64,000 nt of DNA from Mycobacteriales bacterium (GTDB lineage Bacteria > Actinomycetota > Actinomycetes > JAFAQI01): positions 10,983-74,982 of the forward strand of contig DASSKP010000002.1 of assembly GCA_035690365.1 (NCBI GenBank). Direction: 5' to 3'. Under the pieces are notes generated by a model that searched no databases, had not been told where the DNA came from, and saw nothing but the letters and a program-made list of their open reading frames with translations. Position numbers and translations under genes: made by a program. This document shows positions 48,464 to 58,204 of the stretch, in pieces. Every line of letters starts with the position of its first letter. Positions within the stretch are counted from its first letter, which is position 1.

Positions 48464-49558
48464 ATGGCGACTGCTGCTCGTCCATGGATGGCGTTCGAGC
48501 CGACAAGCGAGAAGCTTCCCTTCCGCGCGACCCTGTCGTCGGTCGGGGTCAAGGTCCCGGCCACCCGGGTGACCACGGCCGAGCTGATGGCCAGCACCCG
48601 GCACCGTACCGGCATCGAGCTCGAGCGGCTCACCGGCATCCATGCGCGGCACGTCGCGCCGGACGGCGACGACTCCTACACGCTGGCCGTCGGGGCGGCG
48701 CGTGACTGCCTGTCGCGAACGTCGTACACCGGCAGTGATCTCGACATGGTCATCACCACGAGCATCACGAAATACCGAGACGGGTTCACGCAGCGACTCG
48801 AGCCACCGCTGAGCATGGACCTCAAGGACGCGATCGGTGCGCCACAGGCGATGAGCTTCGACCTGTCGAACGCGTGCGCGGGGATGTTGACCGGCGTCTT
48901 CGTCCTCAACGACTTCATCCGGCGCGGGGAGATTCGCCGCGGTCTCGTCGTCTCGGGGGAGTCGATCTCGCAGCTGGGTCGCAACGCGGCCACGCAGATT
49001 CGGGGCATCTTCAGCCGGCAGCTCGCGTCACTGACCCTGGGCGACGCGGGAGCGGCTGTCCTCGTCGAACGCGCGGCTCCCGACGCCGCCGGCATCGCGG
49101 TCGCCGGGTTCACGACGCTGTCGGAGCACAGCAGGCTGTGCCTGGGATATCCCAGCCATGTCGGGCCGGGCGCGTCGATGTACACCCACGCCCGCGCGAT
49201 CCATCGCGTTGCCATCGACCGTGCGCCGGCACTCGTCCAGGAGGCCTTGGACGTCGCCGGGATGGGGCTCGACGACATCGACTACTTCATCCCGCACCAG
49301 ACATCGGCGCGGGCGATTCGCACAGGTGTCGCGGAGTTCGCCGAGCGACTCGGCGTGCGGCCCAGGCACGTGGTGGTCAACGTCGAGGAGTACGGCAACA
49401 CGTCGTCGACGACCCACTTCCTGGCCCTCGACAGATACCTCCGCGAAGGCCGGTTCCGTCCCGGTGAGCGAGTGCTGCTGCTGGCGCTGGCGTCGGGGCT
49501 CGAGATCGGAGTCGTCATCGTGACCGTGGACGAGCTGGTGGCGTCATGGGCGTCGTGA
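48464..49558 (+). CDS. 3-oxoacyl-ACP synthase III (KAS III/FabH-like) with an intact Cys-His-Asn triad
   Basis: LSNACAGM (Cys), FIPHQTSARAI (His) and YGNTSSTT (Asn) are present in the usual order and spacing. Confidence 0.8.
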   Translation: MATAARPWMAFEPTSEKLPFRATLSSVGVKVPATRVTTAELMASTRHRTGIELERLTGIHARHVAPDGDDSYTLAVGAARDCLSRTSYTGSDLDMVITTSITKYRDGFTQRLEPPLSMDLKDAIGAPQAMSFDLSNACAGMLTGVFVLNDFIRRGEIRRGLVVSGESISQLGRNAATQIRGIFSRQLASLTLGDAGAAVLVERAAPDAAGIAVAGFTTLSEHSRLCLGYPSHVGPGASMYTHARAIHRVAIDRAPALVQEALDVAGMGLDDIDYFIPHQTSARAIRTGVAEFAERLGVRPRHVVVNVEEYGNTSSTTHFLALDRYLREGRFRPGERVLLLALASGLEIGVVIVTVDELVASWAS

Positions 49559-50454
49559 TCAGGTCCGTCGGTGTCTCACGTCCCGGCCGTCTCGTCGGTC
49601 ACGGCGCGCGCCGGCTCGCCGACGCGGCGGCCCGCAGCTGCCTGTCGGACGCAGACGTCGGTCCGGACGACGTCGACCTGCTCGTGAACGCGGGGGTCTA
49701 CCGGGAACGCGGCCTCGGCGAGCCTGCCCTGGCGGCGTTGATCCAGGAAGACGTCGAGGCCAACGTCGGCCACCCGGACCGGCACGCGCATGGGACGTTC
49801 TCGTTCGACATCGACAACGCCGCCTGCGGAGTGCTCACCGCTGTCCACATCGCCCGCAGCTTCCTGCTCTCGGGCGCCATCCGACGGGCCCTCGTGGTGA
49901 CCAGCGACTCGGGTCCCGGTCCGCGGCATGCCCGCTGGATGCCCTACGACGAGGGCGGCGGCGCCGTCCTGCTCGAACGCGACGACGGGGTCGAGGGGTT
50001 CACCGACCTGCGATTCGCGACGTTCCCTGAGTACGCCGCACTGATGCAGGGCTACTGGACGTGGGAACCGCGCTCCGGGCGGCGACCGGGCGGGCCGCCC
50101 GGACGTAACCGGCTGGTGGTGGAGGAGCACGACGGATTCCGTGCACGTGCCGCGGAGTGCGCCATCGAGACAGCCGGCAAGATGTTCGCCGATGCCGGCG
50201 TCACCGCCGACGAGATCGACCTGCTCGTCGCCACCCCGGAGGCGGGCTTCGGTGACGCCGTGGCGGTGGGGCTCGGTGTCACGGAAACGCGGGTCATGCA
50301 TCTGGGCGAGCAGACCAACCGTCTGCACACCGCGCAGCCCGTCGCCGCCGTCGCGGCCGCGATGCGCACCGGCAGGTGGGAAGAAGCCGGCACGGTCCTG
50401 TTCGTCTCGGCAGGCGCCGGCATCACCATCGCGTGCGCTCTCTACCGGCGCTGA
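49546..50454 (+). CDS. KAS III-like protein with degenerate active site (Cys kept, His/Asn positions not recognisable)
   Basis: IDNAACGVL retains the Cys loop. The region aligned to IPHQ reads LVATPEAG and the GNT region reads QTNRLHTAQP. It overlaps the upstream KAS III gene by 13 nt. Confidence 0.7.
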   Translation: MGVVIRSVGVSRPGRLVGHGARRLADAAARSCLSDADVGPDDVDLLVNAGVYRERGLGEPALAALIQEDVEANVGHPDRHAHGTFSFDIDNAACGVLTAVHIARSFLLSGAIRRALVVTSDSGPGPRHARWMPYDEGGGAVLLERDDGVEGFTDLRFATFPEYAALMQGYWTWEPRSGRRPGGPPGRNRLVVEEHDGFRARAAECAIETAGKMFADAGVTADEIDLLVATPEAGFGDAVAVGLGVTETRVMHLGEQTNRLHTAQPVAAVAAAMRTGRWEEAGTVLFVSAGAGITIACALYRR

Positions 50455-50466
50455 CGGACCGCCGCT

Positions 50467-50850
50467 TCAGCTCTCGCGTGCCGACGCGTTACGGAGCATC
50501 GCCGCACCGAGACCTGCCTCGAACAGCGCCGCGGCGACAGCGCGCCGGCTGGCCGCCCGGCTCAGCTGGTGTGCCCGCCCCGCGACCGCTGCCGACCACG
50601 CGTCCACGAGATCGACAGCGACCGCGAGACGCAGCTGCTGGCGACGTACGGCGTCCGGTGACCGCGCGAGCAGGACGGCCATCATCACCGCGCGCACGCC
50701 GAACAGACGAGCCAGATAGACCGACGGCGACGTCTCGTCGGCGGGGATGCCGAAGACCCGTGCGACGGCGACCGGCATGACGACGGCGCCGCCACCGACC
50801 AGCAGGCGGCCCGCCACACTCGCCGCACGCAGTCCTCGCGCATCGTCCAC
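50467..50850 (-). CDS. Small hydrophobic protein, DUF4267-like
   Basis: From GTG 50848-50850: ...VAGRLLVGGGAVVMPVAVARVFGIPADETSPSVYLARLFGVRAVMMAVLL. The rest of ORF 50467..51747 is antisense to the kinase gene. Confidence 0.45.
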   Translation of the reverse strand: MDDARGLRAASVAGRLLVGGGAVVMPVAVARVFGIPADETSPSVYLARLFGVRAVMMAVLLARSPDAVRRQQLRLAVAVDLVDAWSAAVAGRAHQLSRAASRRAVAAALFEAGLGAAMLRNASARES

Positions 50851-51003
50851 GGCCGACCCCTTCCCAGCCACGTTCGACGCTGGCACGGCCCGCGGATCCA
50901 GGGCAGAGGCGAAAGACCCGGGTGGTCGACCGGAGTGGCGGGTGGCACCCGGGCCGGGGTTCGGCGTGATCGCTGCGCCATCCGCGGGTAGAGAAAACGC
51001 ATC

Positions 51004-52563
51004 ATGCCTTCCCCGACCAGCGTCGTCGCCGGCCGCTACGTGCTCTCGGAGCAGGTGGGGTCGGGCGGCATGGGCGTCGTCTGGCGGGGCTACGACGAGC
51101 TGCTCCAGCGGCAGGTCGCGGTCAAGGAGCTGCACTTTCCACCGCACATGAGTCCGGAGGAGCGGGAGCGGCTGGCTCGCCGGACGCTGCGCGAGGCACG
51201 CGCCGTGGCGGCGGTCGACGATCCGAGCGCCGTGCGTGTGTTCGACATCGTCGAGCAGGACGGCCGGCCATGGATCGTCATGGAGTACCTCGACGGCATG
51301 ACCTTGACGGACGTGATTCGCGAGCGGGGTCCGCTGCCCGCGGCCGAGGTCATTCACATCGGCCAGGCGCTGGTCAACGCCTTGGAGGCAGCGCACACGG
51401 CGGGTGTCCTGCACCGTGACGTGAAGCCGAGCAACGTGATGATCGCGCCGGACGGACGGGTCGCCCTCACCGACTTCGGCATCGCGACGAGCATCGACGG
51501 CGAGAGCGGCGACACCACGTCGGGTGTCATCGTCGGTTCGCCGGCCTACATGGCGCCGGAGCGAGCGCGGGGCGAGCCGCCGACGGCGGCGTCCGACCTC
51601 TGGTCGCTCGGCGCCACGCTGTGGACCGCCGCGGAAGGCCGGCCGCCGTTCGAGGGGCCGACCGGCCTGGCGACGATGACGGCAGTTGCCACCGAGCCGC
51701 CGCCGCGGTGTGCCCGCTGCGCGGGTCCTCTCGGAGACCTTCTGCACCGCTTGATGGACCGCGACGCGGCCGCCCGGCCACCCCTGGATGACGTACGGCG
51801 GGAGCTGTCGGCGCTGGTCGAGACCGCGCCGCGCCGGGTCGTCGCCGCCGACCCTTATCCGACCGAGCCGCTGCCGGCCGCCTTCGACCGGACGACGGCT
51901 CTCGACCCGATCGTCGACCGGCCCGCTGCGGCGAAGCCTGCGGCGCCGGGCCGCTCGAGGCGCGGGCTGGGGTGGCTGGTCGCGGCGCTCGTCGGGCTCA
52001 TCGTCCTGGCTGCGGTGTCGGCCGCTGTCGTGCTCGGTGGCAAGGGCGGCACCTCTGCCGGCAAGAAGTCACCTCCGGCGTCGACGTCGACGACCGGGTC
52101 AGGCGCCGCGAGCTCGTCGGCGGCGTTGCCCACGGGCTGGCACCGGTTCCGCAACGGCAACCTGGGCTGGTCGATCGGTGTCCCGCCGGGCTGGCAGATC
52201 CGCGACGAGGGCGACACGGCCACCATCAGCGACCCGGCCGGCGGCCGTTACGTCCGGGTCGACACCCGCTACCCCGCGGGCCCGTCCGCCCTCGGTGCCT
52301 GGCAGGACCAGGAGCGTGCCTTCCGCGGATCGCACCCGGCCTACCAGCGGATCAAGCTCGCCGACGTCAGCTACGGCAGCTATCGCCAAGCCGCTGACTG
52401 GGAGTTCACCTTCACCTCGGGGCAGGTCACACTGCACGCGCTGGACCGCGGCTTCATCAGCTCGGGCAACCGCGGCTACGCCATCTACTTCCAGACTCAC
52501 GACGACCAGTGGTCGTCCTCCGCCGACCTGTTGCAGGGATTCCTGTCGTCGTTCCGGCCCTGA
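51004..52563 (+). CDS. Ser/Thr protein kinase with TM segment and C-terminal extracytoplasmic domain
   Basis: GSGGMGVVW, VAVKEL, HRDVKPSNVM, DFGIA and APE are present. A TM segment (WLVAALVGLIVLAAVSAAVVL) follows, then a Ser-rich linker and a roughly 150-aa domain I do not recognise. Confidence 0.9.
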   Translation: MPSPTSVVAGRYVLSEQVGSGGMGVVWRGYDELLQRQVAVKELHFPPHMSPEERERLARRTLREARAVAAVDDPSAVRVFDIVEQDGRPWIVMEYLDGMTLTDVIRERGPLPAAEVIHIGQALVNALEAAHTAGVLHRDVKPSNVMIAPDGRVALTDFGIATSIDGESGDTTSGVIVGSPAYMAPERARGEPPTAASDLWSLGATLWTAAEGRPPFEGPTGLATMTAVATEPPPRCARCAGPLGDLLHRLMDRDAAARPPLDDVRRELSALVETAPRRVVAADPYPTEPLPAAFDRTTALDPIVDRPAAAKPAAPGRSRRGLGWLVAALVGLIVLAAVSAAVVLGGKGGTSAGKKSPPASTSTTGSGAASSSAALPTGWHRFRNGNLGWSIGVPPGWQIRDEGDTATISDPAGGRYVRVDTRYPAGPSALGAWQDQERAFRGSHPAYQRIKLADVSYGSYRQAADWEFTFTSGQVTLHALDRGFISSGNRGYAIYFQTHDDQWSSSADLLQGFLSSFRP

Positions 52564-52606
52564 CCTCGGTAGCATGGGACCCATGACACGGCGGCAGCTT
52601 CTTCCC

Positions 52607-52671
52607 GGGCCGCGCTGACGCACGACCGAAGTCAGCGCGGCGGCCCTCCCATGCGGAGGGCTTTGTTGTGT
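52607..52671 (+). terminator. Two adjacent GC-rich hairpins followed by a T-rich tract (kinase terminator or leuS leader element)
   Basis: GGGCCGCGCTGAC (52607-52619) pairs with GTCAGCGCGGCGGCCC (52631-52646). CCCTCC (52644-52649) pairs with GGAGGG (52655-52660), followed by CTTTGTTGTGT. Confidence 0.4.
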
Positions 52672-52699
52672 CCGGGCACGATTGCGAGAGGCTGGAGAG

Positions 52700-55165
52700 A
52701 TGAGCGAGGGCTACGACCCGCACGGCGTGGTAGACAAATGGCTGCCGGTGTGGGACGAGCTGCGGCTGTTCGAGCCGCGCGACGACGACAGTCGTGAGCG
52801 CCGTTATGTCGTCGACATGTTCAGCTACCCCTCTGGCGACCTGCACATGGGTCACGCGGAGGCGTTCAGCATCGGCGACGCCGTCGCTCGCTACGCGATG
52901 ATGCGCGGCTACGACGTCCTGCACCCGATCGGCTGGGACAGCTTCGGCCTGCCGGCGGAGAACGCCGCGCTGAAGCGCAACATGGACCCGCGCGAGTGGA
53001 CCTATCAGAACATCGAGGTGCAGGCCGACTCGTTCAAGCGGCTGGGCATGTCTTTCGACTGGCGGACGCGGCTGCACACGTCCGACCCGGAGTACTACCG
53101 GTGGACCCAATGGCTGTTCCTGCGCTTCTACGAGCGCGGCCTGGCATACCGCAAGGCCGCACCGGTCAACTGGTGCCCGACCGACCTGACGGTGCTGGCC
53201 AACGAGCAGGTCATTGCCGGGAAGTGCGAGCGCTGCGGCAGTGAGGTGACGAAGAAGAACCTGACCCAGTGGTTCTTCCGCATCACTGCCTACGCCGACC
53301 GGCTGCTGGACGACATGTCCAAGCTGGAGGGCAACTGGCCGGACCGCGTGCTGACGATGCAGCGCAACTGGATCGGACGGTCCACCGGTGCCCACGTCGA
53401 CTTCGCGATCGAGGGGCATCACACGCCGGTGCGCGTCTTCACGACGCGGCCGGACACGCTGTTCGGCGCGACGTTCTTCGTCGTTGCCGCCGACTCACCC
53501 TTGGCTGCCGAGCTGTGCGCTGACGAACAGCGCGAAGCGTTCAACGCATACGTCGACCAGGTGCGCCGGACGACTGAGATCGAGCGCCTGTCGAGCGAGC
53601 GTCCGAAAACGGGTGTGTCGTTGGGGCGGTTCGCCGTCAACCCCGTGAACGGAGAACGCATTCCCGTCTTCGCGGCCGACTACGTCCTGGCCGAGTACGG
53701 CACCGGGGCGATCATGGCCGTGCCCGCGCACGACCAGCGCGACCTGGACTTCGCACGCGCGTTCAACCTGCCCGTGCGCGTCGTCGTCGAGACAGACGAG
53801 CCGGATCCGAACGAGACCGGAGTGGCGACCTCCGGTGACGGCGTACTGGTCAACAGCGGCAGCTATGACGGCATGCGGAAGAACGAGGCGATCGCGGCCA
53901 TTGCCGAAGACCTGCGCCGTGACGGGCACGGCGAGCCGGCGATCACCTATCGGCTGCGCGACTGGCTGCTGTCCCGCCAGCGCTACTGGGGCTGCCCGAT
54001 CCCGATCGTGCACTGCAGCGCGTGCGGCGAGGTGCCCGTGCCGGACGACCAGCTGCCGGTCGAGCTGCCGACATCGGGCTACGAGCTGCGACCGGAAGGC
54101 GGTCGGTCGCCCTTGGAGAGCGCGACCGAGTGGGTGGCGACGACGTGCCCGAAGTGCGGTGGCGATGCGACGCGCGACACCGACACGATGGACACCTTCG
54201 GCGACTCGTCCTGGTACTACCTGCGCTACGCCTCTGCCGACGACCACACCCAGGCGTTCGACGTCGAGCGGGTGCGTCGCTGGCTGCCTGTCGACGAGTA
54301 CGTCGGCGGCGTGGAGCACGCGATCCTGCACCTGCTGTACTCGCGCTTCTTCACCAAGGTCCTGCACGACATGGGGATGCTGGACTTCACCGAGCCGTTC
54401 CTGCGGCTGACCAACCAGGGCCAGGTCGTCATGGCCGGCGCCGCGATGTCGAAGTCGAAGGGCAACCTGGTCAACCTGCAGGAGGAGATCGCAAAGTACG
54501 GCGCCGACGCCGTACGGCTGACGATGCTGTTCGCCGGGCCGCCGGAGGACGACATCGACTGGGCCGACGTGTCGCCCACCGGGTCGGTGAAGTGGCTGTC
54601 GCGGGTGTGGCGACTGGGCAGCGACATCGGCACGGCCGGCCAGGGTTCGGACCCGGTGATAGGTGATCCGGAGATCCGTACCGGAGTGCACAAGCTGATC
54701 GCTGACGCGACGACGCAGACCGACGCCAAGCGCTTCAACGTCGCGATCGCGCGGCTGATGGAGCTGACCAGCCTGCTGCGCCGTGCGGTCGACGCCGATG
54801 CTCTGTCGACGCCGGCCGGTGCTGCCGCGGTCCGCGAAGGTGCCGGTGCCTTGGCGCGGATGCTGAGCATCTTCGCGCCGTTCGCCGCCGAGGAGATCTG
54901 GGAGCTGCTGGGCAACGAGCCTTCGGTCGTCCATGCCGGCTGGCCGTCCGCCGACCCCGCGCTGCTGGTCGAGGACACCGTCACGTGCATCGTGCAGGTG
55001 GCGGGCAAGCTGCGCGACAAGTTCGACGTGCCGGTCGACGTCAGCGAGGACACCCTGCGTGAGCGGGCGCTGGCCAGCGATGCGGTGCGTCGCGCTCTGG
55101 GTGACCGGCCGGTGCGCACCGTCATCATCCGGGCACCGAAGCTGGTCAACGTCGTCCCCGGCTGA
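52700..55165 (+). CDS. leuS: Leucine--tRNA ligase
   Basis: ATG 52700 follows GGAGAG. It has [11 protein letters not shown] (HIGH), the CP1 editing region, a KMSKS-type motif (AMSKSKGN) and the Zn-binding CxxC pairs. Confidence 0.95.
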   Translation: MSEGYDPHGVVDKWLPVWDELRLFEPRDDDSRERRYVVDMFSYPSGDLHMGHAEAFSIGDAVARYAMMRGYDVLHPIGWDSFGLPAENAALKRNMDPREWTYQNIEVQADSFKRLGMSFDWRTRLHTSDPEYYRWTQWLFLRFYERGLAYRKAAPVNWCPTDLTVLANEQVIAGKCERCGSEVTKKNLTQWFFRITAYADRLLDDMSKLEGNWPDRVLTMQRNWIGRSTGAHVDFAIEGHHTPVRVFTTRPDTLFGATFFVVAADSPLAAELCADEQREAFNAYVDQVRRTTEIERLSSERPKTGVSLGRFAVNPVNGERIPVFAADYVLAEYGTGAIMAVPAHDQRDLDFARAFNLPVRVVVETDEPDPNETGVATSGDGVLVNSGSYDGMRKNEAIAAIAEDLRRDGHGEPAITYRLRDWLLSRQRYWGCPIPIVHCSACGEVPVPDDQLPVELPTSGYELRPEGGRSPLESATEWVATTCPKCGGDATRDTDTMDTFGDSSWYYLRYASADDHTQAFDVERVRRWLPVDEYVGGVEHAILHLLYSRFFTKVLHDMGMLDFTEPFLRLTNQGQVVMAGAAMSKSKGNLVNLQEEIAKYGADAVRLTMLFAGPPEDDIDWADVSPTGSVKWLSRVWRLGSDIGTAGQGSDPVIGDPEIRTGVHKLIADATTQTDAKRFNVAIARLMELTSLLRRAVDADALSTPAGAAAVREGAGALARMLSIFAPFAAEEIWELLGNEPSVVHAGWPSADPALLVEDTVTCIVQVAGKLRDKFDVPVDVSEDTLRERALASDAVRRALGDRPVRTVIIRAPKLVNVVPG

Positions 55166-55227
55166 CGTTCCGCCGGCAGGACTTCGGCTGCGCGACGTCG
55201 AAGTGCCGCCCTGAAGAGGGGGCACTC

Positions 55228-55827
55228 ATGAGGGCACGGGGACTCGCAGCGGGAGTTGCGCTGGGTGCTGTCGCTGTTGCAACCGCGGCGCCGGGATGGG
55301 CTTCGCCCGCCGCGCCGGCACCGACGGCGGCGGTGGCGACGTACGTCCAGGGGCAGCAGCTGCCCGCGAGCCTTGCGACAGCGGCCTGGTCGAAGGTGGT
55401 CCCCGGCTGTGCCGGTCACCTGACGGTGTCGGGACCCGCTGTCAGCGGAACGACCACCGTCGCGACCGGGTTGATGACGTCGCGCTGGTTCCGGCCGCGG
55501 CACGGCCTGCTGCTGTCTGTCTTCGGCGACCAGGGCGGCCACGACATGGTGCAGCCGTTTCCGGAAGGCTTCGACATGAAGTTCCGGGCTCGGGAGAAGA
55601 ACCACCGCTGGTCGCCGTGGTTCGGCATGAGCATGACGATCGACCCCACCTCTTCGCCGCTGTCGGGGGTGCTCTTCCAGCTCTCTGTCGGCGGCGGATT
55701 CTCGGTCGGTGAGATGTCTCCCGACGGTCGCCGCCTTCCACGGCAGCAGGTGCAGGTGAAGCTCGTCGACTCGGCGACGTCGACCGGCACCTTGAACGAC
55801 GGTTTCGCCGTCAAGATGGGCTGCTGA
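55228..55827 (+). CDS. Secreted hypothetical protein
   Basis: The signal peptide is MRARGLAAGVALGAVAVATAAPGWA. GC3 is high and I recognise no family. Confidence 0.55.
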   Translation: MRARGLAAGVALGAVAVATAAPGWASPAAPAPTAAVATYVQGQQLPASLATAAWSKVVPGCAGHLTVSGPAVSGTTTVATGLMTSRWFRPRHGLLLSVFGDQGGHDMVQPFPEGFDMKFRAREKNHRWSPWFGMSMTIDPTSSPLSGVLFQLSVGGGFSVGEMSPDGRRLPRQQVQVKLVDSATSTGTLNDGFAVKMGC

Positions 55828-55916
55828 GTCGTCCACGGTTGGATGCCGGCACCGTGTCGTCCACAGCTCGACTGAGGTCGCGCTCGACGGATTGCGACCG
55901 CCCCTAGCGTCGCCGC

Positions 55917-56723
55917 GTGGCCGAACCGTCCCGCCCTGATGTCGACCCGCCCGCTGCCCGGCTCGCCGCACTCGGTCTGGGTCCGCCGGCCCAGACGGCC
56001 GAGGGCTTTGTCGGCGGTTGGCTGCCGGAGCAAGCGTCCCTTTCTCCCGCACCGGCGCGCGGCCGGCACGCGCGGACCGACCCGGCACGTGCGGGAGGGG
56101 GGCTGCCCGCCGTCCTCGCGGACCGGCTGTCGCCCTGGCTCGCCGGCGCCGAGGCACCGTCCACCCATGCACTGATGTGGCTGCTCGCGGTCTGCGCCGG
56201 CTGCGTGCTGGTGACCGGCTACACGCTGCTGCATCACCGCGGTCAGGCGTCGTGCGCCGCCCCACCGCCGGTGACGCAGTCGTTCGCGCCGACGCCGTCG
56301 TCCCCCGCTCCCTCGATCGTCGTCGATGTCGGCGGTCGGGTCCGCCGGCCGGGGCTGGTGACGCTGCCGTTGGGATCGCGCGTGGCGGACGCGCTGCGCG
56401 CGGCGGGTGGCGCGTTTCGGCGGTCCGACCTGGTCTCGCTGAACCTTGCCGCGAAGGTCGCCGATGGCCAGCTCCTCCTGGTCGGCGTTCCGGGTGCGCC
56501 GGTCGCGGCGTCGGGTGACGGCGCATCCTCCGGTCCCGTCGACCTCAACACCGCGACTGCTGACCAGCTCGAGGCGTTGCCCGGCATCGGGCCGGTCCTC
56601 GCGCAACACATCGTCGACTGGCGGACCGCTCATGGCGGCTTTCGCACCGTCGACCAGCTGAAGGATGTGTCGGGGATCGGTGACAGCACCTTCTCCGATC
56701 TGGCGCCGTTGGTCACGGTGTGA
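55917..56723 (+). CDS. comEA: ComEA family DNA-binding protein (SLBB plus helix-hairpin-helix)
   Basis: It has a TM segment, an SLBB-like region (VVDVGGRVRRPGLVTLPLGSRVADAL) and a C-terminal HhH (VDLNTATADQLEALPGIGPVLAQHIVDWR...). Confidence 0.8.
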   Translation: MAEPSRPDVDPPAARLAALGLGPPAQTAEGFVGGWLPEQASLSPAPARGRHARTDPARAGGGLPAVLADRLSPWLAGAEAPSTHALMWLLAVCAGCVLVTGYTLLHHRGQASCAAPPPVTQSFAPTPSSPAPSIVVDVGGRVRRPGLVTLPLGSRVADALRAAGGAFRRSDLVSLNLAAKVADGQLLLVGVPGAPVAASGDGASSGPVDLNTATADQLEALPGIGPVLAQHIVDWRTAHGGFRTVDQLKDVSGIGDSTFSDLAPLVTV

Positions 56724-58204
56724 CGAGGGCGCCGCTCGATCTGCGGCTCGCGGTCGTCGCGGCCAGTGCCTGGGTCGCCGCGGCGAGTCTGGTCTCGGCG
56801 TCGTCGCGTGCCGCGATCGTGGCTGCGCTCGTTGCCCTGCTGCTTGCGGGTGCCATCGGCGCACGGAGCCGGTGGGTGTCGGCGATGGCCATCGGTGTGG
56901 CCGCGGGCGCAGCGGTCACCGCGGTGCACGTCGCGGCTCTGCACACCGGGCCGGTCGCGCGACTGGCGCCGGGCAAGCCCCATGTCGATTTGCGCCTGCG
57001 ACTGGTCCGCGACCCGGTGGCCGTGCGCTCACGGTCGGGACGGCGCCTGGTCGTGGCCGACGCGACCGCGATCGCCGTCCGACGTCCAGCCGGTGGCTGG
57101 CAGTCGGACAAGGCTCCGGTCGTCGTCTTCGCGGTCGGCACCGGCTGGCTGGGTCTGCTGCCGGGCCAACGGGTCGAGGCGAGCGGCCGGCTCGCGCCGC
57201 CGCGGCCCGGCGACCTGGTCGCCGCCGTGCTGATCGTGGGCGAGCCACCGCGGCTGCGCGGCCGTCCGCCGCCATGGCAGCGAGCTGCCGGCTCGGTTCG
57301 TGACGGGCTGCGCAGCGCGGTGCTGCCACTTCCTCCGGACGAGCGCGGTCTCGTGCCCGGGCTCGTGCTCGGTGACGTCTCTCAGATGCCCGCCGCCCTC
57401 ACCAGCGCGTTTCGCGTCACCGGCCTTGCGCATCTGACCGCTGTCAGCGGTGCGAACGTCGCGATCGTCCTCGGCACCGTGATGGCCGGGCTGCGCCGGA
57501 CCGGGGTGCGCCGGTGGGCTCGTCCGTTCGTGGGTGCGGTCGCGCTGCTGGGCTTCGTCGTCCTGGTACGACCGTCGCCGAGCGTCCTGCGCGCCGCGGT
57601 CATGGGCGCGGTCGTGCTCGTTGCCGGCATGACCGGCCGGCGAAGCCGTGCGCTGCCTGCGGTGTCCGCCGCCGTGCTCGGACTCGTGCTCGTCGATCCG
57701 TTCCTCGCCCGGTCACCCGGCTTTGCGATGTCGGTGCTGGCGACGACAGCGATCGTCACGGTCGCCCCGGCGTGGACCAGGCGACTGGCGCGCGCCCTGC
57801 CGCACCCGGTCGCGGCTGCGGTTGCCGTCCCGGCCGCCGCCCAGCTCGCCTGCACGCCGGTGATCGTCGCGGTCTTCGGCCAGCTCACGCCGTACGCCGT
57901 CCTCGCCAACCTGCTCGCTGCACCGGCGGTTGCGCCGGCGACCCTGACCGGCATCGCGTGCGCACTTGCGGGCGTCGTCCGGCCCGGTCTCGCCGGTCCG
58001 CTGGCCTGGGCGGCCGGGCTGCCGGCGGCGTGGCTGGTGATCGTGGCGCGCGGGCTCGCCGCGCTGCCCGGCGCCGGCTTGCCATGGCCGACCGGAGCCC
58101 GCGGAGTGCTGCTGCTCTTCCTTGCCGGGACGCTCGTGACGAGTGTCGTGTGCGTCGCCGCTCGGCGGCGCCGTCGTGCCATCCTGGGTCGGTGCCCGGT
58201 GTGA
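56720..58204 (+). CDS. comEC: ComEC/Rec2 family membrane channel protein (no C-terminal MBL domain)
   Basis: It is polytopic, with the competence-domain motif GLAHLTAVSGANVAIV. It is 494 aa and ends after the TM segments. The start overlaps the comEA stop. Confidence 0.8.
   Translation: MTRAPLDLRLAVVAASAWVAAASLVSASSRAAIVAALVALLLAGAIGARSRWVSAMAIGVAAGAAVTAVHVAALHTGPVARLAPGKPHVDLRLRLVRDPVAVRSRSGRRLVVADATAIAVRRPAGGWQSDKAPVVVFAVGTGWLGLLPGQRVEASGRLAPPRPGDLVAAVLIVGEPPRLRGRPPPWQRAAGSVRDGLRSAVLPLPPDERGLVPGLVLGDVSQMPAALTSAFRVTGLAHLTAVSGANVAIVLGTVMAGLRRTGVRRWARPFVGAVALLGFVVLVRPSPSVLRAAVMGAVVLVAGMTGRRSRALPAVSAAVLGLVLVDPFLARSPGFAMSVLATTAIVTVAPAWTRRLARALPHPVAAAVAVPAAAQLACTPVIVAVFGQLTPYAVLANLLAAPAVAPATLTGIACALAGVVRPGLAGPLAWAAGLPAAWLVIVARGLAALPGAGLPWPTGARGVLLLFLAGTLVTSVVCVAARRRRRAILGRCPV

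Noticed and set aside
52564-52699. T-box or other riboswitch upstream of leuS
   Set aside because: There is no T-box consensus (AGGGTGGNACCGCG-like) or specifier-loop architecture. At 136 nt it is too short for a T-box leader. It is kept only as a terminator/attenuator-like hairpin.
54226-56526. 766-aa minus-strand ORF, the longest non-annotated ORF in the window
   Set aside because: It is antisense to leuS, the secreted protein gene and comEA. The translation is dominated by Arg/Pro/Ala/Gly/Ser runs typical of shadow ORFs in high-GC DNA, and no domain motifs are visible.
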